Shown: positions 1 through 7,832 of the stretch, in pieces | How the letters are laid out: every line of letters starts with the position of its first letter | How positions within the stretch are numbered: the stretch's first letter is position 1 | Source of the DNA: an uncultured virus (IMG/VR IMGVR_UViG_3300020159_003425) | Lineage: Duplodnaviria; Heunggongvirae; Uroviricota; Caudoviricetes | Length of the DNA stretch: 20,000 nt | Virus record (IMG/VR): IMGVR_UViG_3300020159_003425 | Strand: one strand, 5' to 3' | Translations under genes and position numbers: made by a program | The notes under the pieces: model-generated | What the model was told of the DNA's origin: nothing | What the model saw: only the letters and a program-made list of their open reading frames with translations | The model's database searches: none

Positions 1-1
1 T

Positions 2-886
2 ACTGTAACACTCGCAACAACTGCTTCATCAAGCAACACCGCATATGTTGGGCAAGAGTTCTGGATCGTCAATGGATCAGAAGCAAGTGTCATTTCAATA
101 CCTATCGGCCAGAAGGCAACAATTTCAAGTTACAATGGTGTAACTAAAGTGGCAACACTGAGCAGAAATGTGATTGCAAAAACTGGTGAAACCTATTCTA
201 TTGGATCTCTGACAACAAACGAAGTTGGATCTGTGTCTGGTGTCTTTAACTGCCCTGGCGGTTACTTCCACGTGGGTGAAAGAACTTTCAGAATAGACAA
301 TAGAATTGTTACGGAAGGTGCAACAGACTTCTTCTACAACAAAGGAACTGAAACTACATCCTGTGAGGCAACATTCTTTGCACAAGGAATCTCAACATCT
401 TCTCAGAAAATTAATTACTCTGCAAGTATTTCTGGTCAAGCAAACACAATCACGACCATAAAGACTGCTAATGATGTTGTAACAAACACTCAAAGAATTC
501 AAAGTGGTGGTGGCGGCGGTTGCTGTGTTATTTCTACCGCAATGTCTGATATGGGTATCTGGTCATCAGATCAGAAGTTCGATCTGATCGAATGGTGTGA
601 GAAGTATCTGCACAACAAGACAATCGGTGAATGCTTCCGTCGTGGTTATCAAGTCATTGGTTCCAAGATTGCAGTACCATTGTTGAGAGATCAGGGTATT
701 ATTGGTAAGATTGCTAGACCTTATGGTAACTGGGCATTCACCAACGGCACAAACATGGTTCGTGGTAAGAAGTTCTCATGGTTGTCTGTACCAAACTCTA
801 TAGTCTGGATCGCAGGTTTCATGGCAGTTGGTGCAGTTGTGACAACAAAGTATGCAAACAAGTGCTGGAAAAAACTGTACAAATAA
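2..886 (+). CDS. 5'-truncated large virion structural protein (DUF4815/VrlC-like, N-terminal part), ending in a Gly5-Cys-Cys / CFI-box-CTERM-like domain with hydrophobic segment and basic tail
   Basis: The frame is open from position 2 (TVTLATTASSSNTAYVGQEFW...), so the GTG at 149 in the ORF track is not the real start. SGVFNCP..F.VGERTFRI..N...ATFFAQG resembles T4-like phage DUF4815 proteins. It is followed by GGGGG-CCVISTAM...ECFRRGYQVIG and then IVWIAGFMAVGAVVTTK..KCWKKLYK. Confidence 0.7.
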   Translation, partial: TVTLATTASSSNTAYVGQEFWIVNGSEASVISIPIGQKATISSYNGVTKVATLSRNVIAKTGETYSIGSLTTNEVGSVSGVFNCPGGYFHVGERTFRIDNRIVTEGATDFFYNKGTETTSCEATFFAQGISTSSQKINYSASISGQANTITTIKTANDVVTNTQRIQSGGGGGCCVISTAMSDMGIWSSDQKFDLIEWCEKYLHNKTIGECFRRGYQVIGSKIAVPLLRDQGIIGKIARPYGNWAFTNGTNMVRGKKFSWLSVPNSIVWIAGFMAVGAVVTTKYANKCWKKLYK

Positions 887-889
887 ATC

Positions 890-1339
890 ATGGGACTAAG
901 TGTAGCTGAATATTTTGCACAAAAGGAGGCCTGTGCCTCCTGTGTGGATCATGGTACAGAAGAACATTGTGTAACTACACTGTTAAGCAGAAAAGAAAAC
1001 TGTTTTGTTTATAGTATCATTCACAATCAAATAGGTGAGTATAAACAACAAGAGATCGAACTTCTCCGAAAAATGAGAGAAGATTGTTCAGAAGAAGAAA
1101 ATGTAATTTATTATGTTAGAGGTGAAAATATAATTGAAAAGATGGACCTGATGAATAAACCTTTTTACGAACAGGTTTCTATTTTCAGTTATATAAATTA
1201 CAAATATATTAAAACTGTTGTCGAAGCATTGGTTCAAAAAAGAACAGATGATGCAAAACGTCTAATAAATACTATGTTAGAAGTTCTTGAAAAAGAGAAT
1301 AACATACCGAAGGAATTAAATGAGTTCAAGTACTATTGA
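890..1339 (+). CDS. Hypothetical 149-aa protein resembling a stand-alone CFI-box-CTERM-like domain
   Basis: ATG lies 3 nt after the upstream stop, in the same frame. The pattern CFV...EIELLRKMRED...YYVRGENIIEKM...YIKTVVEAL...DAKRLINTMLE resembles the CF(I/L)TTA...ELxxLRxFRD...YY...IV pattern as I recall it. The N-terminus is Cys-rich (CASC, HC). Confidence 0.55.
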   Translation: MGLSVAEYFAQKEACASCVDHGTEEHCVTTLLSRKENCFVYSIIHNQIGEYKQQEIELLRKMREDCSEEENVIYYVRGENIIEKMDLMNKPFYEQVSIFSYINYKYIKTVVEALVQKRTDDAKRLINTMLEVLEKENNIPKELNEFKYY

Positions 1340-2975
1340 TCCAGTAGCGCAAACATTTATCATAGATGGTCAAAATTTTCCATCTGGAGCTTTCTTAAGT
1401 TCTGTTAATTTGTTTTTTAGAACAAAGCCATCGACGAGCGTACCTGTTCGCCTTTGCATATTATCAACTATCAATGGTTATCCAACTGGGCAACCTCTAG
1501 AGTATTCTATTGTTAGTTTGCCATCCACTTCTGTTAATGTATCCGAAACACCGCATTACCTGAATTCAAGTACGTATACGAATTTTGCTTTTTCGGCACC
1601 GGTTTATATTAATCCAGACCAATTGTATGCAATAGTTGTTCAGTCTTCTTCAGATGATTATACACTGTGGTGTTCACAACAAGGTGATTCTGCATTGTTA
1701 TCAACATCAAAAGCTTTACCAACAGACGTTAATCCATCAACACCAACAAAGATTGTTACCACTCCTTATGTTGGTGATTTGTTCGAATCTCAGAATGGAT
1801 TAACTTGGACTGCCGACTTATTAAAAGACTTGATGTTTACGATCAATAGATGTAAGTTTGATACAAATACATCGCCTTCAATGTCATTTGTTGTACCGGC
1901 AGGATTACCAGAGAGAAGAACAATTGAATCGGATACATCTCTTGCTACATCCAATTCTATATACGATCTATTCAACCTATCCACAACAGACTTAACACCA
2001 CCAGGAACCACTCTTTCATATCAGTATACAACAACACTAGAGTCTGGTTCAGCTGATGGTCCATATAACGTGGTACCAGGAAAATATGGTACACCAAAAT
2101 CGGAAGATGTGGCTTTGAATGACAACAAGGGATCGAGAGTATTAAACTATACCGCAAACGATTCATTTAAATTGCAAGCCACTTTATCTACAGACAACGA
2201 TGCTGTCAGCCCAATTATTTCGGAAGACGGATTGAGCCTATGGACAATTCGTTATAGAATTAATAACATGGGTATTTCAAACGATGATATTTTCCTTATT
2301 TCTGGTGGCCGAGGATACTTAGCCAATGCGAACGGAACAATTTCTTATCCTCAAATTAGCGTTTCTGCACCAGATTTGGGTGGTGGTGAACAAGCTTACG
2401 TTTCTGCCAACATCCAATCTGGAAATATTGTCAGTGTATATGTTACATCAGAAGGTTCTGGATATCTGACAACACCATCAATCACCATTTCAAATACATC
2501 AAACGTGTCGGCGAACGTGATTATTGCTGGTGAAACATCACCCGCCGGCGGAAACGGCAGAGCCAAATATATAACACAGGTTGTCACCTTGGCAGAAGGT
2601 AGTGATTCTGGTGACCTAAGAGTCTACACAACAGCTTATAGACCACCAAATTCAGACATTCATGTTTATTATAAGATTGTGGCCAGAGATGACACACAAA
2701 AAATTGAACAAGGTGATTGGAAATTGATGACAATTACAACTGGTGCCGGAAGATACTCGACAAGTTTTTCCGATATCGTTGAATATGAATTTTCACCAGG
2801 CACATTAAACGTTGCAGATGAATTTGTGAGTTATACCAGTAAAGCTAACGGGCTTTCCTATACATCATTCTACCAGTTTGTAATTAAAGTTGTTATGTCG
2901 TCTTCCGATTCGACGTTTGCACCATTCTTGGATGACATAAGAGCAATTGCTCTGCCGCCAGGAACAGGACTATAA
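1320..2975 (+). CDS. Virion structural protein, C-terminal part of a DUF4815/VrlC-like protein
   Basis: 551 aa with AAGGA SD at 1310-1314. Motifs DPVAQTF, GAFLSSVNLFFRTKP, NGYPT, F.F.APVY, YAIVV, GDLFESQNG.TWT...DLMF.I.RC.F, AKYIT..VTL and FVIKVVM...P...DIRAIAL are typical of this T4-like phage protein. Confidence 0.75.
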   Translation: MSSSTIDPVAQTFIIDGQNFPSGAFLSSVNLFFRTKPSTSVPVRLCILSTINGYPTGQPLEYSIVSLPSTSVNVSETPHYLNSSTYTNFAFSAPVYINPDQLYAIVVQSSSDDYTLWCSQQGDSALLSTSKALPTDVNPSTPTKIVTTPYVGDLFESQNGLTWTADLLKDLMFTINRCKFDTNTSPSMSFVVPAGLPERRTIESDTSLATSNSIYDLFNLSTTDLTPPGTTLSYQYTTTLESGSADGPYNVVPGKYGTPKSEDVALNDNKGSRVLNYTANDSFKLQATLSTDNDAVSPIISEDGLSLWTIRYRINNMGISNDDIFLISGGRGYLANANGTISYPQISVSAPDLGGGEQAYVSANIQSGNIVSVYVTSEGSGYLTTPSITISNTSNVSANVIIAGETSPAGGNGRAKYITQVVTLAEGSDSGDLRVYTTAYRPPNSDIHVYYKIVARDDTQKIEQGDWKLMTITTGAGRYSTSFSDIVEYEFSPGTLNVADEFVSYTSKANGLSYTSFYQFVIKVVMSSSDSTFAPFLDDIRAIALPPGTGL

Positions 2976-2976
2976 G

Positions 2977-3204
2977 ATGTTAGTCAAAGTAGAAGGTACA
3001 AATCTGTATCGCGATACAGAAACTATGGCTTTAATTAATAGAGACACAAAAGAAAAAAACGATTACGTAATGAAGTCTCGTTTAATTAAGAACCAAAAAG
3101 ATCAAATAAATACCGTCAAAGAAGAAATAGAAGTCATCAAAGGTGAAATGTCTGAGATTAAACAATTGATGATAAAACTACTCGAAAAAGGTTCAAATGG
3201 CTAA
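2977..3204 (+). CDS. Small phage protein (75 aa) with C-terminal coiled coil, of the kind commonly found after DUF4815 genes in T4-like phages
   Basis: Likely start is ATG 2977, 1 nt after the upstream TAA, rather than 2947. Sequence MLVKVEGTNLYRD..TMALIN...EIEVIKGEMSEIKQLMIKLL. Its end overlaps the fibre start by 8 nt. Confidence 0.7.
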   Translation: MLVKVEGTNLYRDTETMALINRDTKEKNDYVMKSRLIKNQKDQINTVKEEIEVIKGEMSEIKQLMIKLLEKGSNG

Positions 3205-6200
3205 TACAGTTACATCGTTAAGTTACGCAAACACATTTGGTGAGTGGGTTGTTGCGACAAATAGTCTTATTAGAGAAAATAATGATCTTGCGGCAAACGA
3301 CTATGTTAAAAGCACAGGTACACTTTACCTGAATGAAACTACACAAAACTCTCTTCAAGCAAACGGTACCGTAATTATACAGAAACAGTTACTTGTACAA
3401 GGTACAGGTTCATCTGCTACTGTACAGAACAACATGAACGTTGGTAGTCAACTATATTTGACAAATGGTTCTTTAAGTTTAGTTGCTTCTGGTCAAGCAA
3501 ACGTTGCTGGGCAGATTAACGGGCAAGCTTCTGGTATTGGTCTATTCATTGCAAATAATGCACATATTGGTGGCAACACAGTTTCTGCGGTAAGAGTTAC
3601 GACAGGTATCTTGCAAGCAAACTCTTCTGTTAATACATCGAACGCTTCAATTGTTAACACAGTATTCACCAAAGATTTACAGGCAAACTCTACAGTTAAC
3701 ACAGCAACAGCTTCTGTAACTGGTACTACATTTACTAACGTATTACAAGCCAACACATCAACAAATACAAGCAACGCTTCGATTGTTGGAACAACATATA
3801 CTGGTATTTTACAGGCAAATACTTCTGCAACTGTTGGTACATTACAAGCTAATACATCAACAAATACTGCCACAGCATCCGTAACAGGTACCACATTTAC
3901 GAATGTATTGCAAGCAAATACATCAACAAATACTGCCACAGCATCTGTAACAGGTACCACATTTACTGGTGTACTGCAAGCCAACACCTCTACAAATACT
4001 GCCACAGCTTCTGTAACTGGCACCACATTTACAAATGTGTTACAATCCAATACGTCTGTTAATACAGCAACAGCGTCCATAACAGGCACCACTTTCACTA
4101 ATGTATTACAAGCCAATACATCAACAAATACAGCAACAGCATCCGTAACAGGCACCACATTTACTGGTACACTACAAGCTAATACTTCTGCAACTGTTGG
4201 TACACTACAAGCTAATACTTCTACAAATACAGCAACAGCATCTGTGACGGGCACCACATTTACAAATGTGTTACAATCCAATACGTCTGTTAATACAGCA
4301 ACAGCTTCTGTAACTGGCACCACTTTCACTAATGTATTACAAGCCAATACCTCTGTAAATTCACCATTGGTTGTCGCAAACAATATCACTTCAAACAATA
4401 CAATTACAGCAAATAATATTTCGTTGTCTAATGTATTGAATGGTAACACTGCCACAGGATACTTCAACAGTATTCAAGTTCAAGGTGGTGGTTTAACCAT
4501 TAACGGTAACTTTGTAATAACTGGCACAACAGTTTACACTGCGAACACTTTCATACTTTCTTCAGACGTTTCGTCTGGTATTTCGAGTTACTATAATGTA
4601 GATAGGGGTTCTTCTGGTGTAGATGCTGCATTCCGTTGGAATGAACTATCTTTGTACTGGGACATGTTGAATGTCACATCGAACGTATACTATCGTGTTC
4701 TAACGAATGAGTATTTTAATGATACGTTAACATCTACCAGCACCACATTAGTTGCAACCGCAAACGCAGTCAATGCATTAAATACACTTTATAATACATC
4801 AAATACATTCTTGCAAGCTGGTGTTGTTTCGAATGGTTTATATGCAAACGCAGCATTCTTAAGAGCTAACGCAGCATATGGTTCACAAAATACCACCGGC
4901 ACATACGCAAACTCTGCATATGCACAAGCCAACACTGCAACCAATAATGCAGCAGGAGCGTCCTTGTATGCAAACGGAGCTTTCATTCAAGCAAACGCAG
5001 CATTCTTAAGAGCCAATACACCAGATGCTATAGCTAACTCGGCAGCACTCTACGCTAATGGAGCTTTCACTCAAGCAAATTCTGGATATAATCAAGCGAA
5101 CACTGCTACAAACAATGCTGCAACAGCAGATTCTAAAGCAGTAACAGCTGGTTCTTATGCAAACTCAGCATATACACAAGCAAACACCGCGACCAATAAT
5201 GCGGCTGGCGCATCACTATATGCAAATGGTGCATTCATTCAAGCTAATGCAGCATTCTTAAGAGCCAATACACCAGATGCTATAGCTAACTCAGCAGCAC
5301 TTTATGCAAATGGTGCTTTCGTACAGGCTAACGCTGGTTATACACAAGCCAACACTGCAACTAATAATGCAGCTGGTGCCTCATTATATGCCAATGGTGC
5401 TTTTGTACAAGCCAATGCTGCTTATGCTCAAGCAAATACAGCAACCAATAATGCAGCAGGAGCATCTTTGTATGCTAATGGCGCTTTTAGACAAGCCAAT
5501 GCTGCTTATGCTCAAGCTAACACCACTGCATCTTCAGCTACAAACGCTAGTAATCTTTCAAGTGGCACCGTACCTCTTGCTAGACTGAGTGGAATAACAA
5601 CGACACAACTTAGTGCGTCTGCTGCTATTACAAATTCACAGTTAGCAAGCAGCACAATATCTGGTGTCTCCTTGGGTGGAACTTTACCATCACACACAGC
5701 TGGATCTTATTTGGTTGGTAGTGCTTATAATGGCAGTACAGGTCAAACATGGTCTGTTAACGCGACAACTACAAATACTTTTAGTGCAATTGCAGCAAGA
5801 GATGGTGCAGGTGACATATATGCAACAGTCTTCAGAGGACTTGCAACTAGTGCCAACTACGCCGACTTGGCAGAAAAATATCTAGCTGATAAAGAGTATG
5901 AAGTTGGAACAGTTGTTTCTGTTGGTGGTGAAGCTGAAGTTACTGCTAGTTCATATGGTGAGAGAGCAATCGGAGTAGTATCCGCTCATCCTGCTTATAT
6001 GATGAATAGTGAATTGGAAGGTGGAACTTACATTGCACTTAAAGGTAGGGTTCCAGTGAAAGTTACTGGCACTATACGCAAAGGGCAACGTTTGGTTGCA
6101 TACAACAATGGCACAGCAGTTGCAGCAGTACCACATGCAAGTGACGTTTTTGGTATTGCGTTAGAATCCAGTGATGATACTGGAACAAAACTAATTGAAG

Positions 6201-6214
6201 CAGTGATTTTATAA
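3197..6214 (+). CDS. Tail fibre/appendage protein (1005 aa) with internal repeats and a C-terminal intramolecular chaperone / autocleavage (Peptidase_G2-like) domain
   Basis: N-terminus MANTVTSLSYANTFGEW. The body is rich in Ala/Thr/Asn/Ser with two repeat blocks. The C-terminus ANYADLAEKY...GTVV..GG..EV...IGVVS..PAYMMN...IALKGRVPVKV.G.I.KG..LV is the IMC-type signature of phage fibres. Confidence 0.85.
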   Translation: MANTVTSLSYANTFGEWVVATNSLIRENNDLAANDYVKSTGTLYLNETTQNSLQANGTVIIQKQLLVQGTGSSATVQNNMNVGSQLYLTNGSLSLVASGQANVAGQINGQASGIGLFIANNAHIGGNTVSAVRVTTGILQANSSVNTSNASIVNTVFTKDLQANSTVNTATASVTGTTFTNVLQANTSTNTSNASIVGTTYTGILQANTSATVGTLQANTSTNTATASVTGTTFTNVLQANTSTNTATASVTGTTFTGVLQANTSTNTATASVTGTTFTNVLQSNTSVNTATASITGTTFTNVLQANTSTNTATASVTGTTFTGTLQANTSATVGTLQANTSTNTATASVTGTTFTNVLQSNTSVNTATASVTGTTFTNVLQANTSVNSPLVVANNITSNNTITANNISLSNVLNGNTATGYFNSIQVQGGGLTINGNFVITGTTVYTANTFILSSDVSSGISSYYNVDRGSSGVDAAFRWNELSLYWDMLNVTSNVYYRVLTNEYFNDTLTSTSTTLVATANAVNALNTLYNTSNTFLQAGVVSNGLYANAAFLRANAAYGSQNTTGTYANSAYAQANTATNNAAGASLYANGAFIQANAAFLRANTPDAIANSAALYANGAFTQANSGYNQANTATNNAATADSKAVTAGSYANSAYTQANTATNNAAGASLYANGAFIQANAAFLRANTPDAIANSAALYANGAFVQANAGYTQANTATNNAAGASLYANGAFVQANAAYAQANTATNNAAGASLYANGAFRQANAAYAQANTTASSATNASNLSSGTVPLARLSGITTTQLSASAAITNSQLASSTISGVSLGGTLPSHTAGSYLVGSAYNGSTGQTWSVNATTTNTFSAIAARDGAGDIYATVFRGLATSANYADLAEKYLADKEYEVGTVVSVGGEAEVTASSYGERAIGVVSAHPAYMMNSELEGGTYIALKGRVPVKVTGTIRKGQRLVAYNNGTAVAAVPHASDVFGIALESSDDTGTKLIEAVIL
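3611..4360 (+). repeat. Coding tandem repeat with 22-aa unit (LQANTSTNTATASVTGTTFTNV) and 11-aa half units (LQANTSATVGT)
   Basis: Visible in the translation. An identical 56-nt stretch occurs at 4019-4074 and 4250-4305 (offset 231 nt = 7 x 11 aa). Confidence 0.9.
4831..5530 (+). repeat. Coding heptad-based repeat (AN-x-A-x-x-x; units such as NAAGASLYANGAFxQANAAYAQANTATN)
   Basis: Visible in the translation. An identical 44-nt stretch occurs at 4997-5040 and 5249-5292 (offset 252 nt = 12 x 7 aa). Confidence 0.9.
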
Positions 6215-6218
6215 ATTT

Positions 6219-6290
6219 CGAAAATTTTCGTTCCGGCTCCTGAAAAATCTCCGCGAGCTTCAGGAGTCCAAAAGCTCATTTTACTTTTTG
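6219..6290 (+). terminator. Intergenic palindrome plus stem-loop at the structural/enzyme-island boundary; possible terminator or RNA processing/regulatory element
   Basis: Perfect palindrome CGAAAATTTTCG at 6219-6230. GGCTCCTGAA (6235-6244) pairs with TTCAGGAGTC (6259-6268) with one G-U. T-rich tract TTTTACTTTTT at 6279-6289 is not directly adjacent to the stem. Confidence 0.45.
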
Positions 6291-6292
6291 AC

Positions 6293-6778
6293 ATGATAAC
6301 ATTAAATGAATTTGAAAACTTCTTGTACACCGATTTGGTTTATGAACAGAAAATAGTTTCGGTAATTGACGATCAACATAGGCAGATATTGATTGAAAAT
6401 ATCCGGCAGTTACATGATTATACCAACTGCACCATAAAATTGGAACAAATGGAAAAATACAATGAAGGTATTTTCCAGAAGTGTCAAGAGTTGAGGAAGA
6501 AATACTCACATCCAGGTCCAGTAACCTGCCACGCATTTCTTGCGTTCAAAGGTTCCAAAAGTTTTGGTGTACACACTGACCCAGATAATGTTATAATAGA
6601 ATGTCTTTTTGGTTCAAAAACATTATATGTTGCAACCAAAAATGATAGAAGACATGTGCTCAAACAAGGCGAATATATATTCATACCAGCCAATACAGAA
6701 CATGAAATCATTAATGAAGAAAAGTCATTGATATTGAGTTTTGGATTTGAAAATTTTATACTGAAAAACTTAAATTAA
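6293..6778 (+). CDS. JmjC/cupin-fold Fe(II)/2-oxoglutarate oxygenase (Cupin_4-like)
   Basis: SFGVHTDPDNVII (HxD), GSKT, and LKQGEYIFIPANTEH (distal His) form the facial triad arrangement of JmjC/cupin hydroxylases. Confidence 0.75.
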   Translation: MITLNEFENFLYTDLVYEQKIVSVIDDQHRQILIENIRQLHDYTNCTIKLEQMEKYNEGIFQKCQELRKKYSHPGPVTCHAFLAFKGSKSFGVHTDPDNVIIECLFGSKTLYVATKNDRRHVLKQGEYIFIPANTEHEIINEEKSLILSFGFENFILKNLN

Positions 6779-6781
6779 ATT

Positions 6782-7831
6782 ATGGAATCGATGTTCTACC
6801 TCAAGACGACAGAAACTTGTAACCTAGACTGTCTTCACTGTTTCACAAGTGGTTCCAAAGGTGCAAAAATTTATTGGAATCATGTCAAGGTTGCTGACTG
6901 GTTACGAAAACTTTCGGCAAAAACACCACACATAACACACGCACATTTCGAATTTCATGGTGGTGAACCTTTCTTAGCAGACATTGCCTCCCTACAATAC
7001 GTATACGACAATTGCCAAAACCTTTGGCAGAGTCAAAGTTGGGGTGTCACAACCAATCTGACGTTCAAACTAGATCAAGAAAAGATAGATTTTATAATGG
7101 GTCCATTGGATGGTAGAGTTGGTACCAGTTGGGATCCAGACATACGATTTGCAAATCCAAAGCAATACGACTTGTGGAGAAAGAACGTACAAACACTGGT
7201 TGATTTGGGTGTTGTAATTAAACTGTTCATCAGTGTAACCAAGGGTACGATTGCAATAGAACCAATAGACTTACTAGAGTGGGTGAAATCTCTTGGTGTA
7301 AAAGAAATGGCATTAGAACGTTTAACAATGAACGGCAGTGCAAAGCAGAACTTACATATCTTTCCCACAAATATCGAACAAGACAAGTGGTTTTTGAAAA
7401 TGCACCAACAAAGTGAAGAACATGGTGCAAGAGACTGGTTCGTAAATGAATTTATGAAAACCGTATACGACAAATTCGAAACAGGATTTACAGGCGGCGG
7501 AACATTCTGTAGAGATTGTGAAGAGAAATTATTCACTGTGAATGCTGACGGCACCGTATCGGGATGTCCAAATTCTGCACCAGAATTTCAATTTGGCACC
7601 ATAGATGATGATATAGATGCGTTATTATCCAATCCTCAGAGATTGGAGAACATTGCTTGTGAAAGAGCAAGAGATCCAAGGTGTTACACATGTGAGGTGT
7701 TTCAGTATTGCAATAGTGATTGTCATCAGTTGGAATGGCAAGATGATATTTGTGGTGCACCAAAAAGTCTAATGATGGACTTGGCAAAAATAAATAAAAA
7801 ACATCCAGTTTTCAACCTTTTGCAGGTCTGA
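6782..7831 (+). CDS. Radical SAM/SPASM-domain protein (rSAM-1)
   Basis: CNLDCLHC (CX3CX2C) and FHGGEPF. SPASM-like CRDC...TVNADGTVSGCP and CYTCEVFQYCNSDC...C. Confidence 0.92.
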   Translation: MESMFYLKTTETCNLDCLHCFTSGSKGAKIYWNHVKVADWLRKLSAKTPHITHAHFEFHGGEPFLADIASLQYVYDNCQNLWQSQSWGVTTNLTFKLDQEKIDFIMGPLDGRVGTSWDPDIRFANPKQYDLWRKNVQTLVDLGVVIKLFISVTKGTIAIEPIDLLEWVKSLGVKEMALERLTMNGSAKQNLHIFPTNIEQDKWFLKMHQQSEEHGARDWFVNEFMKTVYDKFETGFTGGGTFCRDCEEKLFTVNADGTVSGCPNSAPEFQFGTIDDDIDALLSNPQRLENIACERARDPRCYTCEVFQYCNSDCHQLEWQDDICGAPKSLMMDLAKINKKHPVFNLLQV

Positions 7832-7832
7832 T

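Noticed and set aside
521..1337. Self-splicing intron or canonical intein interrupting the DUF4815-like gene
   Set aside because: The interval is fully occupied by ORFs, includes stop codons and a frame change, and lacks a C-terminal HN-C/S/T intein motif or homing endonuclease motif. The downstream ORF has its own SD and ATG.
3493..4467. 324-aa minus-strand ORF with repeats
   Set aside because: It is the antisense shadow of the tail fibre repeat block and mirrors the + strand repeats.
3611..5530. Possible CRISPR array or DGR template/variable repeats
   Set aside because: The repeats are in-frame coding units that differ mainly at synonymous sites. There are no unique spacers, no adenine-specific mismatch pattern that I could see, and no cas or reverse transcriptase gene in the window.
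6288..6293. TTGACA -35 hexamer
   Set aside because: It overlaps the cupin start codon and has no -10 element at the right spacing.
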